Shown here one piece after another: positions 28,447 to 36,263 of a stretch of DNA of 64,000 bases. Every line of letters starts with the position of its first letter. The first letter of the stretch is position 1. The notes below the pieces were generated by a model. It worked only from the letters and a program-made list of their open reading frames with translations. It did not search any database and had not been told where the DNA came from. The DNA comes from an uncultured Rhodospirillaceae bacterium (lineage in GTDB: Bacteria; Pseudomonadota; Alphaproteobacteria; Rhodospirillales; UBA2165): assembly GCA_964566055.1 (NCBI GenBank), contig CAZMHI010000020.1, positions 4,139-68,138 on the forward strand. The letters are read 5' to 3'. The translations under genes were made by a program, and so were the position numbers.

Positions 28447-29328
28447 ATGAGTGACGACAATAAGAATTTGCGCCAGGAACTTCAACGCCTTGAAGCGGTG
28501 GTCGGAGAGCAAATTACCTGGCTGAAGGATTGGCACCTCAGAATTTTGGGAGCCGCGATGAACGGTGAGTCTGTGATGGCTGATGACGATGCCATCGATA
28601 CGCCGTTTCGCAAATGGTATTACAGTCACGGGCAAAATGCCTTTGGTGACAGCCCCGCTTTTCCGGCCTTAGGGTTTAGCCTGGAGACCATGCGGACACA
28701 GGCGCGGCAATTAGCCGAGAAATTAGCCGAGACAAATAAGTTTCCCCCCGTGGAATACAAAGAATTTATGGATGCTGCCGCCGCCTTCAACGAAACGGTT
28801 TTCAAATTGCAGCGGGAAACTTTATTCCAGGTTGCTCAAATTGATGATCTCACCGGCGCCGGTGATGAAAAAGCAATGCGAGACTATATCGAAGCTGAGC
28901 GCGAACGGGTCAAACGGATGGATCAAGAGGCCACCGTCGCGGTCTGTGAGCTCTCCGATTTTACGGGCCAGGATGGAGAGGCCGTTGAGGCCAACCGGGC
29001 CGATGTACTGGTCGAATTCGCCACAACCTTGGCGGCTCAATTGCGGCCTTATGATCAATTATACCGGATCAATAATGATCTGTTTTTGATTTGCCTGCCC
29101 TACACCGACGTAAGCGTAGCTGAGCTTGTGATCAAACGCCTGCATGGCAAAGTCTCCGGCAGCGTACTTAAATTGAAAGATGGCACTCTGATCAAATTGC
29201 GCACCCATATCGGCATTGCACCCATCGGGGCTGAGGAAAGTGTTGAGACGATCCTCGACCATGCCAATGAAGCTTTGGATCTTGCCCGAGTAAACGCACT
29301 GATGGATGTTTATTCTTGGGAGGGGTAA
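28447..29328 (+). CDS. degenerate GGDEF-domain protein with an N-terminal helical (CZB-like) sensor region
   Basis: 293-aa ORF. The C-terminal half follows the GGDEF fold pattern (DDLTGAG..., VAVCELSDF..., RINNDLFLICLP), but NNDLF replaces GGDEF and the metal-binding D-x-D is altered. The N-terminal RKWYYSHG resembles the CZB C-x-LG-x-WY region without the Cys. Confidence 0.55.
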   Translation: MSDDNKNLRQELQRLEAVVGEQITWLKDWHLRILGAAMNGESVMADDDAIDTPFRKWYYSHGQNAFGDSPAFPALGFSLETMRTQARQLAEKLAETNKFPPVEYKEFMDAAAAFNETVFKLQRETLFQVAQIDDLTGAGDEKAMRDYIEAERERVKRMDQEATVAVCELSDFTGQDGEAVEANRADVLVEFATTLAAQLRPYDQLYRINNDLFLICLPYTDVSVAELVIKRLHGKVSGSVLKLKDGTLIKLRTHIGIAPIGAEESVETILDHANEALDLARVNALMDVYSWEG

Positions 29329-29332
29329 ATAT

Positions 29333-29614
29333 CTATACCGTTGGTAATTGTTTAAAGCCGGAGCTAATATCGCCCTCTTCTAGCTCAACCAAAACCTGAT
29401 CGACGCGGGCAGAGCGCGGCCCTTTGTGACATTCTTCAATCATCTGATCGACGTCTGGTGGATCGCCGCTAAAGACTGCCTCAACTGAGCCATCCCGCCG
29501 GTTTCTGACCCAGCCTGACAGGCCCAGAGAATTCGCTGTATCAACTGTCCAGCCACGATACCAGACGCCTTGGACGCGCCCTTCAATTCTGACGTGAACG
29601 GCTTTTGGCGGCAT
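29333..29614 (-). CDS. acylphosphatase
   Basis: 93-aa ORF. VHVRIEGRVQGVWYRGWT and GWVRNRRDGSVE are the acylphosphatase signatures. Confidence 0.85.
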   Translation of the reverse strand: MPPKAVHVRIEGRVQGVWYRGWTVDTANSLGLSGWVRNRRDGSVEAVFSGDPPDVDQMIEECHKGPRSARVDQVLVELEEGDISSGFKQLPTV

Positions 29615-29619
29615 CCAAA

Positions 29620-31641
29620 TTACTCTAATTCGAGAATGATCTGGCCGACTTCCAGGCTATCACCGGGTTCGAGATGAATTTTACCAACCACTCCAGCACG
29701 CTCGGCAAACAGCTGATTTTCCATTTTCATTGCTTCCACCACCGCCAGCGCTTCACCGCTTTCTACCTCTTGGCCAACTTCAACTTCAACCGAAACCAGC
29801 AGCCCCGGCATCGGCGAGATCAATTGCTTCGAAGTATCAGCCGCCTTCTTAGCCGGCATCCGGTTGAGCAATTCAGCAGCAAAGGATGACATGATACGTA
29901 TTTCACCCTGGTAGCCGGCATGGCGGACTCTAAATCCAGTATTGGTCCGCTCAACCTGCATGCATATTTCTTCGTCATTAACTTGGCCGGTGAACAGCGA
30001 ACGGCCAGGCCGCCAATCGGAATCTATGACATAGTTTTTGCCGCCGGCGTGGATTTCTACCTTCTGATTGTCTGAGACCGCAATTCGAATGGGGTGGCTC
30101 TCTCCATTGACGATTGCCATCCACTCATCGCCATAAGCAAATTGCTCACGCGACAAGGTGGTGCCTGACACCGCCCGCCCTGTAATTTGATTGTTCCGCT
30201 CAACTTCCCGGCGGTGCATCATGGCAGCAATAGCGGCGAGCATACCAAAATCCTCATGCGCGGTTTCTTCCGGAATAAAACGCTCGCCGAATTCCTCAGC
30301 AATAAAGTTCGTTGTCAGAGCGCCTTCGATAAAGCGCGGGTGAGCCATCACCGCCGATAAAAATCCCAGATTGTTGCCAACGCCTCTGACATAATATTCT
30401 TCAAGTGCGCGCTGCATATGCTTGATGGCTTCCTCCCGAGATTCACCATTAGTAATGAGCTTGGCGATCATCGGATCATAGAAGCGGGTAATCTCGTCGC
30501 CTTCATTGACGCCGCCATCAACGCGGACGTTCTTGCTGGTGCCAAATACGCCGGTTACCGGTTCACGATATTCGACCAGCCGGCCAATTGCCGGCAGGAA
30601 CCCCTTTGTCGGATCTTCGGCATAAAGGCGTGATTCCATCGCCCAGCCATTTATCTCAACATCGTCCTGGCTGAATTCGAGTTCTTCACCCGCTGCCACT
30701 TTGATCATCTGCTCAACCAGATCAAGACCGGTAATGAGCTCCGTCACCGGATGCTCAACCTGAAGCCGCGTGTTCATTTCGAGAAAATAAAAATTCTTGT
30801 CGGCATCAACAATAAACTCAACCGTACCAGCGGATTGATAGTTAACCGCCTTAGCAAGTGCGACCGCTTGCGCACCCATTTCTGCCCGCATCGCCTCATC
30901 GACGAACGGGCTCGGTGCTTCTTCAATTACTTTCTGATGGCGGCGCTGGATTGAACACTCCCGCTCACCAAGGTGAACGCAATTGCCGTGGCTGTCGGCC
31001 AACACTTGAATTTCAATATGGCGCGGATTGGTGATGAATTTCTCGACAAAGACCCGGCCATCACCGAAGCTGCTTTCAGCTTCTGCGGTTGAGGCGCGCA
31101 GACCTTCTTCGATATCAGCCTCTTTTTCAACCATCCGCATACCTTTACCGCCGCCACCGGCGGAGGCTTTAAGAATGACTGGATAGCCAATTTTTTTAGC
31201 AATTTTTTTTGCGTCCGCAGCACTTTTAACCGGTTCGGCATGACCCGGCACGGTCGGCACTCCAGCCTTTTCAGCAAACAATTTCGACTCGATTTTATCG
31301 CCCATCACCCTCATAGCGTCCGGCTTCGGGCCGATAAAAGTAATGCCGGCAGCATCGAGTCGTTCGGCAAATTCGGGATTTTCGGACAGGAAGCCATAGC
31401 CCGGATGGACCGCATCAGCACCGCTTTCCTCGATTGCTTCCATGATGGCATCAATGCGCAGGTAGCTTTCAGCTGCCATCGGCGGGCCGATAAATACTGC
31501 GTCACTGGCCATATCAACATGCAGCGCATTTTGATCGGCTTCGGAGAAAACCGCGACGGTTTTGATACCTAATTGTCGGGCGGTGCGGATAACGCGGCAG
31601 GCAATTTCGCCACGATTAGCTATGAGGATCGTATTAAACAT
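29620..31641 (-). CDS. pccA: propionyl-/acetyl-CoA carboxylase alpha subunit (biotin carboxylase + BCCP)
   Basis: 673-aa ORF. ILIANRGEIACRVIRT, the ATP-grasp GGGGKGMR, EMNTRLQVEHPVTE, and the C-terminal biotinylation motif EAMKME. Confidence 0.85.
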   Translation of the reverse strand: MFNTILIANRGEIACRVIRTARQLGIKTVAVFSEADQNALHVDMASDAVFIGPPMAAESYLRIDAIMEAIEESGADAVHPGYGFLSENPEFAERLDAAGITFIGPKPDAMRVMGDKIESKLFAEKAGVPTVPGHAEPVKSAADAKKIAKKIGYPVILKASAGGGGKGMRMVEKEADIEEGLRASTAEAESSFGDGRVFVEKFITNPRHIEIQVLADSHGNCVHLGERECSIQRRHQKVIEEAPSPFVDEAMRAEMGAQAVALAKAVNYQSAGTVEFIVDADKNFYFLEMNTRLQVEHPVTELITGLDLVEQMIKVAAGEELEFSQDDVEINGWAMESRLYAEDPTKGFLPAIGRLVEYREPVTGVFGTSKNVRVDGGVNEGDEITRFYDPMIAKLITNGESREEAIKHMQRALEEYYVRGVGNNLGFLSAVMAHPRFIEGALTTNFIAEEFGERFIPEETAHEDFGMLAAIAAMMHRREVERNNQITGRAVSGTTLSREQFAYGDEWMAIVNGESHPIRIAVSDNQKVEIHAGGKNYVIDSDWRPGRSLFTGQVNDEEICMQVERTNTGFRVRHAGYQGEIRIMSSFAAELLNRMPAKKAADTSKQLISPMPGLLVSVEVEVGQEVESGEALAVVEAMKMENQLFAERAGVVGKIHLEPGDSLEVGQIILELE

Positions 31642-31861
31642 TTAGTACCTGTAGGCAGATAGAGACTGCCAAATTACAAAAAACCCTGTCTTTTTACTAT
31701 CTGACAGTATCTTGAAGGAAACGTTAATTATGCTAAGCCTCTGATAAAAAACGATTTTATTTAAGTGCCAGGCTAGTAATTTCTGAATCTGGTGATAATA
31801 GCATCGCCCTGTTAATACAAGTGATATTTTGTCCACATTATTACAATTCGCCAGATGTAAA

Positions 31862-31881
31862 ATTGCTTACAAATTTGCATA
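31862..31881. promoter_or_regulatory. candidate ScfR/PccR-type operator-like dyad upstream of pccA
   Basis: In the pccA sense direction it reads TATGCAAA-tttg-TAAGCAAT. From memory, this resembles the TTTGCAAA-N4-TTTGCAAA site reported for PccR. It lies about 220 nt upstream of the pccA start, in an AT-rich spacer. Confidence 0.25.
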
Positions 31882-31894
31882 ATTAACTACAAAA

Positions 31895-32788
31895 TTAAAA
31901 CTCATCTCCAAATGAGCGGCGGCGTTGCAACCGGCGCTCACCAACATCGCAGCCAGGCGGGTATAATAGTGAAACATTTTTCATCAGCGACTGCGATCTT
32001 TTTGATTTGGCCCGCCAATTGTCAGATTTAATGCCGGCAATCTCAAATATCATTTTGCGGCGAATAGCGCGGGCGAAATCTTTAAAACTGTGAGCAACAA
32101 CTAAAAAAGCGCCGGGGCCACCAATCACACAAGCCGCATAATATTTATCCAGATCAGCAATTTGATGCCGGCCAGAAGGCTGCAGGCGGTCATTTATTAT
32201 CGGCAAGCCATTGATGGTGATGCCACGTTTGACGGCAGCATCGCGAGCTTTGGTGACCAAAGTACCGGTATTGTTAGGACCATCACCGGAGATATCCAAG
32301 ATACGCCGCGTTCCCTGATAACTATTATTGAAAAACTTCGGCACCACATATTTAATAACATCACTGATCGAGGTCCAGGGCCCGGTATCTATTGGAGCTG
32401 CCTTCAGTTTTTTGGCAAAAGCCTCCGCCGTAGCCTGGTCTTTGATCACTGTCCAGTCGACAACTTCAGTTTGGTAACCATCCCCTGCCCACTCAATATA
32501 AGTAACCGCGATTTTACCGAGAAAACCGGTCTGTATAACTTTGACGAATTCAGGGCTCTTAATGACTTGGATATAACCATCCCGTTGAAGCTCGGCTTCC
32601 TGCCAATCAACACTGCCCGAGACATCAATGGCGAGAACGAGTTCAACATCAACCGGCACTAACTCAGCTGCGAGTGGTAGAGGCAGGAGCGCCGCAGCCA
32701 AACCGGTAAAAGCAAAAGCCAGCGAAGTTCTAATCCGATCAAACATCGGAGAATTACACTCCGAATTGGAGCTCAGGACAAGAGCCAA
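31895..32788 (-). CDS. secreted DUF1194 (vWA-like) protein, paralogue 1
   Basis: 297-aa ORF (likely start at Met15, 32746). Signal peptide, MIDAS-like AIDVSGSVD, then YIEWAG..., ISGDGPNN, and RGITINGLPIINDR, all shared with ORF 40819-41652. Confidence 0.7.
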   Translation of the reverse strand: MALVLSSNSECNSPMFDRIRTSLAFAFTGLAAALLPLPLAAELVPVDVELVLAIDVSGSVDWQEAELQRDGYIQVIKSPEFVKVIQTGFLGKIAVTYIEWAGDGYQTEVVDWTVIKDQATAEAFAKKLKAAPIDTGPWTSISDVIKYVVPKFFNNSYQGTRRILDISGDGPNNTGTLVTKARDAAVKRGITINGLPIINDRLQPSGRHQIADLDKYYAACVIGGPGAFLVVAHSFKDFARAIRRKMIFEIAGIKSDNWRAKSKRSQSLMKNVSLLYPPGCDVGERRLQRRRSFGDEF

Positions 32789-32810
32789 GGACGAAAGATG
32801 GTGAAACTAT

Positions 32811-33806
32811 TTATGGTTTGGGCAATCTCGGTGGAACACTGCGTTTATCGAGGATGGGATCAATATTAGGTAAATCGTCAAACCCGCCGTTCTTGATTTC
32901 CGAATTGCGTCGTTGCCGATAGAGGCTGCGCATGGCGCCATAAAAATCGAGTGAACTGTCACGTAACTCGTCAATCTGATCCACAAATGCTGCGTAGCTG
33001 GTAAAGCCGCGTGCGCCCAATATTGCATAGCCGATTTCTTCTCGGTCCGTATTGTCGAGATAGTAGCCGAGGGGGTCGAAGTAAGGGTCGACCAATAATT
33101 TACCAAGCGCATCACGCGGATTGGAAGGACCAAAGACCGGCAACACTAGATAGAACCCCTCGCCTAGCCCCCACACGGCCAAAGTTTGACCAAAATCCTC
33201 ATTGTGTTCTTCATAGCCCATATTCTTGGCGATATCGATGAACCCGAGAATACCGGCAGTGGAATTAATCAGCATGCGCATGGTGGTGGCATAACCGCGT
33301 TTGAGTTCGCCCTGAAGCAGATCATTTGCCAAGACGACCGGACCATTTAGATTGCTGAGAAAATTCCTTATCGCCTCTCGAGCAGGGTCCGGAAGCGCGG
33401 CATTGTAGCCCCGCGCCAATGGTCCGATTAGATATTTAGCGAGCACTTCATTGAAACCGAACATGACGCGGTTAAAAGGCTCAAGCGGGTCATTAACATC
33501 TTCAACTGCAGCTTCGACACCAGGTCCAAGGTCATCCAAATCAAGATCATCGTTTTGATTTTTCGACGGTGGCGTTGAAGTTGCCGGCACTGGTTGTTGC
33601 GGCTGGCGCTGAAGTTGAGGTTGCGGTTGTGGCTGAATTTGCGGCCTGGCAAAAGGATGCGGCTCATTCAACAGCCGGTCCATATTATAGATCGACTGCG
33701 CCGCCTCCACGTGCGGAGCAGCACCGATCATCACTGCTAATAATGCAGCGAATGAAACAATAGTAAGCTTCCTGAATTCCCAGGTGAATATTGCAGGTCT
33801 TTTCAT
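32811..33806 (-). CDS. mlaA: MlaA/VacJ family outer-membrane lipoprotein with Gln/Pro-rich spacer
   Basis: 331-aa ORF. NDPLEPFNRVMFGFNEVLAKYLIGPLARGY and FGQTLAVWGLGEGFYLVLPVFGPSNPRD are MlaA core motifs. Residues 51-94 are low-complexity (PQIQPQPQPQLQRQPQQP...DDLDLDDL). Confidence 0.8.
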   Translation of the reverse strand: MKRPAIFTWEFRKLTIVSFAALLAVMIGAAPHVEAAQSIYNMDRLLNEPHPFARPQIQPQPQPQLQRQPQQPVPATSTPPSKNQNDDLDLDDLGPGVEAAVEDVNDPLEPFNRVMFGFNEVLAKYLIGPLARGYNAALPDPAREAIRNFLSNLNGPVVLANDLLQGELKRGYATTMRMLINSTAGILGFIDIAKNMGYEEHNEDFGQTLAVWGLGEGFYLVLPVFGPSNPRDALGKLLVDPYFDPLGYYLDNTDREEIGYAILGARGFTSYAAFVDQIDELRDSSLDFYGAMRSLYRQRRNSEIKNGGFDDLPNIDPILDKRSVPPRLPKP

Positions 33807-33943
33807 TAATCGCCTAATTGGAGCGCTCTAATGGAGTGGCTCTAGTTATTACCCATGTATAATACCTGGGCAAACCATAGCGATTTTCAACCCTTATTCA
33901 AGGAAATCAAATGCTTATGTAGCGTACTAAATTGATTAAACTG

Positions 33944-34291
33944 TTAGATTTTGGTGCCTTGGGCAAACACCGAGAGATTTTCCCAATCTTCGCCAGCCGC
34001 CATAAAACAAGCATAGCCCGATGGCATGGTGACAATCATGGTCCAGGATCCATTTCGGGCAGCAAAAACTTCGACAACGCCACCACCTTGTGTCATGCCG
34101 GTCGCAACAGGTTTCTCGGAATAACGGTCACCCAGAATATTTGCGATTGTTTTGCGCTCCCCACAATTGGCTTGTGCCGCCGCCGGCGAGGTTGCGAATT
34201 GCGAAACCATAAATAGCGCAGCAAATATGGCTCCGGAAATACCTAATTTGATTTTACAGATATGCTTTAGATCAGGTTTCATAGCATTCAC
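33944..34291 (-). CDS. hypothetical small secreted protein
   Basis: 115-aa ORF with a signal-like N-terminus (GAIFAALFMVSQFATSPAAAQA) and two Cys. No family recognised. Confidence 0.4.
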   Translation of the reverse strand: MNAMKPDLKHICKIKLGISGAIFAALFMVSQFATSPAAAQANCGERKTIANILGDRYSEKPVATGMTQGGGVVEVFAARNGSWTMIVTMPSGYACFMAAGEDWENLSVFAQGTKI

Positions 34292-34676
34292 ACCCCTTCA
34301 GGTTATATCCCTGGAACACTATATTTTGATCGATTATTTCAATAATGCACAATATATAGGATAAATGTCAACAAATCGCTAAAATTTATTTTCATTCTAA
34401 ATTTCTGCCAACAAAAATATTGGCCTCGTTTTGCCACTTGACGGCAAATTTTAGATACCTTACCTTATAATTGTTATATCATTATATATTTTAATATAAA
34501 TGGTGGAATCGGAGCATTTTTGGCCGATTTTTTATGTTTAACAGACGAAACGATATCCTGAATTTCGGTTCAGGCGACGGCCACTTAGACGATATTCGGG
34601 AACGCCCATAGCTGTACCCGGTTAACAATAAATGCCAAGGGGGGGGACCTCTTGGAATATGGCAAAGGAGGAAATC

Positions 34677-36164
34677 ATGCCTGACGACGTAAAAAGTATC
34701 ATACACACGCCTTATACCGACAAACCCGCTCAGGGAATTATGGACGGAAAAACTTTTCTCGAAAGCATCCAGGACGACCGCGAAATTTGGTACCGCGGCG
34801 AAAAAATCACCAACGTCACAACCCACCCGTATTTCTCCGGTATGGCGCATACGCTGGCTGATATTTACGATATGCAGCATGATGAAAAACATCAGGATGT
34901 CATGACCTATGTTGAAGACAATGGTCTTCGGGTTTCAACCTCTTATTTGCGCCCTACCAAGAAAGAGGATCTGGTCCGACGTCACAAAAATACCCGCTTT
35001 TGGAGTGAACAAGTACACGGCATGTGTGGCCGTCTACCTGATTTCTGTGCCGCCATGACGGTTGGTTACGTCGATATTCATGACGAATTGGCGAAGCTAA
35101 ATCCTGATTTAGCGAAAAATGCGATCAATTATTATGAATATGCCCGCGATAACGATCTCTGCCTGTCTCATGCCCTGCATGATCCCTGCATGGATAAATC
35201 GCTCAGCCCAAAACAAGATCCGGAACGCTGTGTCCATGTCGTCAAAGAACGCGATGACGGGGTTATCCTCCGTGGTGCCCGTTTCAATACAATTGGGCCA
35301 TTCTGCAACGATATTCTGATCTCGCCCACCCATACCTTCACCGAAGACGAAGAAGAATTCGCTATATGGTTTATGGTGCCAGCCAATGCACCAGGCTTGA
35401 AGCAAATTTGCCGGGAAATTTTTTCCAATCGCGATCCTTTGGATCATCCAATGTCGGCGCGTTTCGATGAGATTGACACCTTGGTAGTCTTGGACGACGT
35501 GTTTATTCCATGGGAGCGTGTTTTCCTCTATCGCGAACCTTTGGCTGCTAACCGCTTGTTCCGAGGCGGTGTCATGGCCTGGGCGGGAGACGCCTCATCT
35601 GCCCTGACCGAAGTCCGCTTCGAAACTCTGGTGACGATTGCTAAAATGCTGGCAGAAACTTCCGGCATTCAAGATCGTCCTCATGTCCAGCAAGCCTTGG
35701 GTGAAATGTGCACCTATCTGACATTGCTCAGAAAAACCATCCGTGCTGGTCATGTTGATTGTCAAAAATCAGCTGGTGGCCATTGGCAGCCTGAGTTGTT
35801 CCTTGACCGCCGTTCCTTGGTGACCCGCGTCTCAGAACGGTTCTGTGATCTAGTAGAACATATCGGCACATCTTCGACGATCTTTAATCACACCGCCGAA
35901 GATTGGGCTAATCCCGAGGTCGAGAAATATCTGCAAACTTATATGCGGGGCCGCAACTCCTCTGCCTTGGATCGCCATAAAATCACCAAGCTCGCTTGGG
36001 AACTGACCGGTGACTCTTATGGCCGGCGTCAACAGCTCTACGAACGGCTCCATTCCGGCGACGCTGAAATGGTCAAAGCCGGTCCGGGCAAAAGCTTCGA
36101 TTATGGTCCTGGCCTTGATCGGGTGAGCAAACTTCTCGATCTGGAAGCCACTACCATTGCGTAA
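34677..36164 (+). CDS. 4-hydroxyphenylacetate 3-hydroxylase (HpaB) family flavin-dependent monooxygenase, oxygenase component
   Basis: Start set at the ATG at 34677, preceded by AAGGAGG. KTFLESIQDDREIWYRGEKITNVTTHPYF and the acyl-CoA-dehydrogenase-like length and pattern match HpaB_N/HpaB families. Confidence 0.8.
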   Translation: MPDDVKSIIHTPYTDKPAQGIMDGKTFLESIQDDREIWYRGEKITNVTTHPYFSGMAHTLADIYDMQHDEKHQDVMTYVEDNGLRVSTSYLRPTKKEDLVRRHKNTRFWSEQVHGMCGRLPDFCAAMTVGYVDIHDELAKLNPDLAKNAINYYEYARDNDLCLSHALHDPCMDKSLSPKQDPERCVHVVKERDDGVILRGARFNTIGPFCNDILISPTHTFTEDEEEFAIWFMVPANAPGLKQICREIFSNRDPLDHPMSARFDEIDTLVVLDDVFIPWERVFLYREPLAANRLFRGGVMAWAGDASSALTEVRFETLVTIAKMLAETSGIQDRPHVQQALGEMCTYLTLLRKTIRAGHVDCQKSAGGHWQPELFLDRRSLVTRVSERFCDLVEHIGTSSTIFNHTAEDWANPEVEKYLQTYMRGRNSSALDRHKITKLAWELTGDSYGRRQQLYERLHSGDAEMVKAGPGKSFDYGPGLDRVSKLLDLEATTIA

Positions 36165-36194
36165 AGCGGTTTAATTTCCGCAAACCTGCAGAGC

Positions 36195-36229
36195 GACCGT
36201 TCCAGTTTAATAAACGAACTGGGACGGTC
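36195..36229 (+). other. 14-bp intercistronic stem-loop between the monooxygenase and dioxygenase genes
   Basis: GACCGTTCCAGTTT (36195-36208) pairs with GAACTGGGACGGTC (36216-36229), with two G-U pairs and a 7-nt loop. No U-run follows. Confidence 0.5.
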
Positions 36230-36263
36230 ATCCTCTCTAATTAATATGTACGGAGGCTAAATC

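Noticed and set aside
31642-31836. 64-aa minus-strand ORF in the pccA upstream spacer
   Set aside because: It lies in AT-rich DNA, with a hydrophobic/aromatic translation, no RBS and no recognisable family. The region is more plausibly a promoter or regulatory region.
34436-34475. Promoter TTGACG ... TATAAT in the hpaB leader
   Set aside because: The spacing between the TTGACG hexamer and the TATAAT-like box is about 22 nt, too long for a standard sigma70 promoter. The alternative -10 at 17 nt (TACCTT) is weak.
34491-34892. 133-aa minus-strand ORF spanning the AT-rich leader and the hpaB-family start
   Set aside because: It overlaps the well-supported monooxygenase gene antisense. It has no RBS or family features, and its composition reflects AT-rich non-coding DNA.
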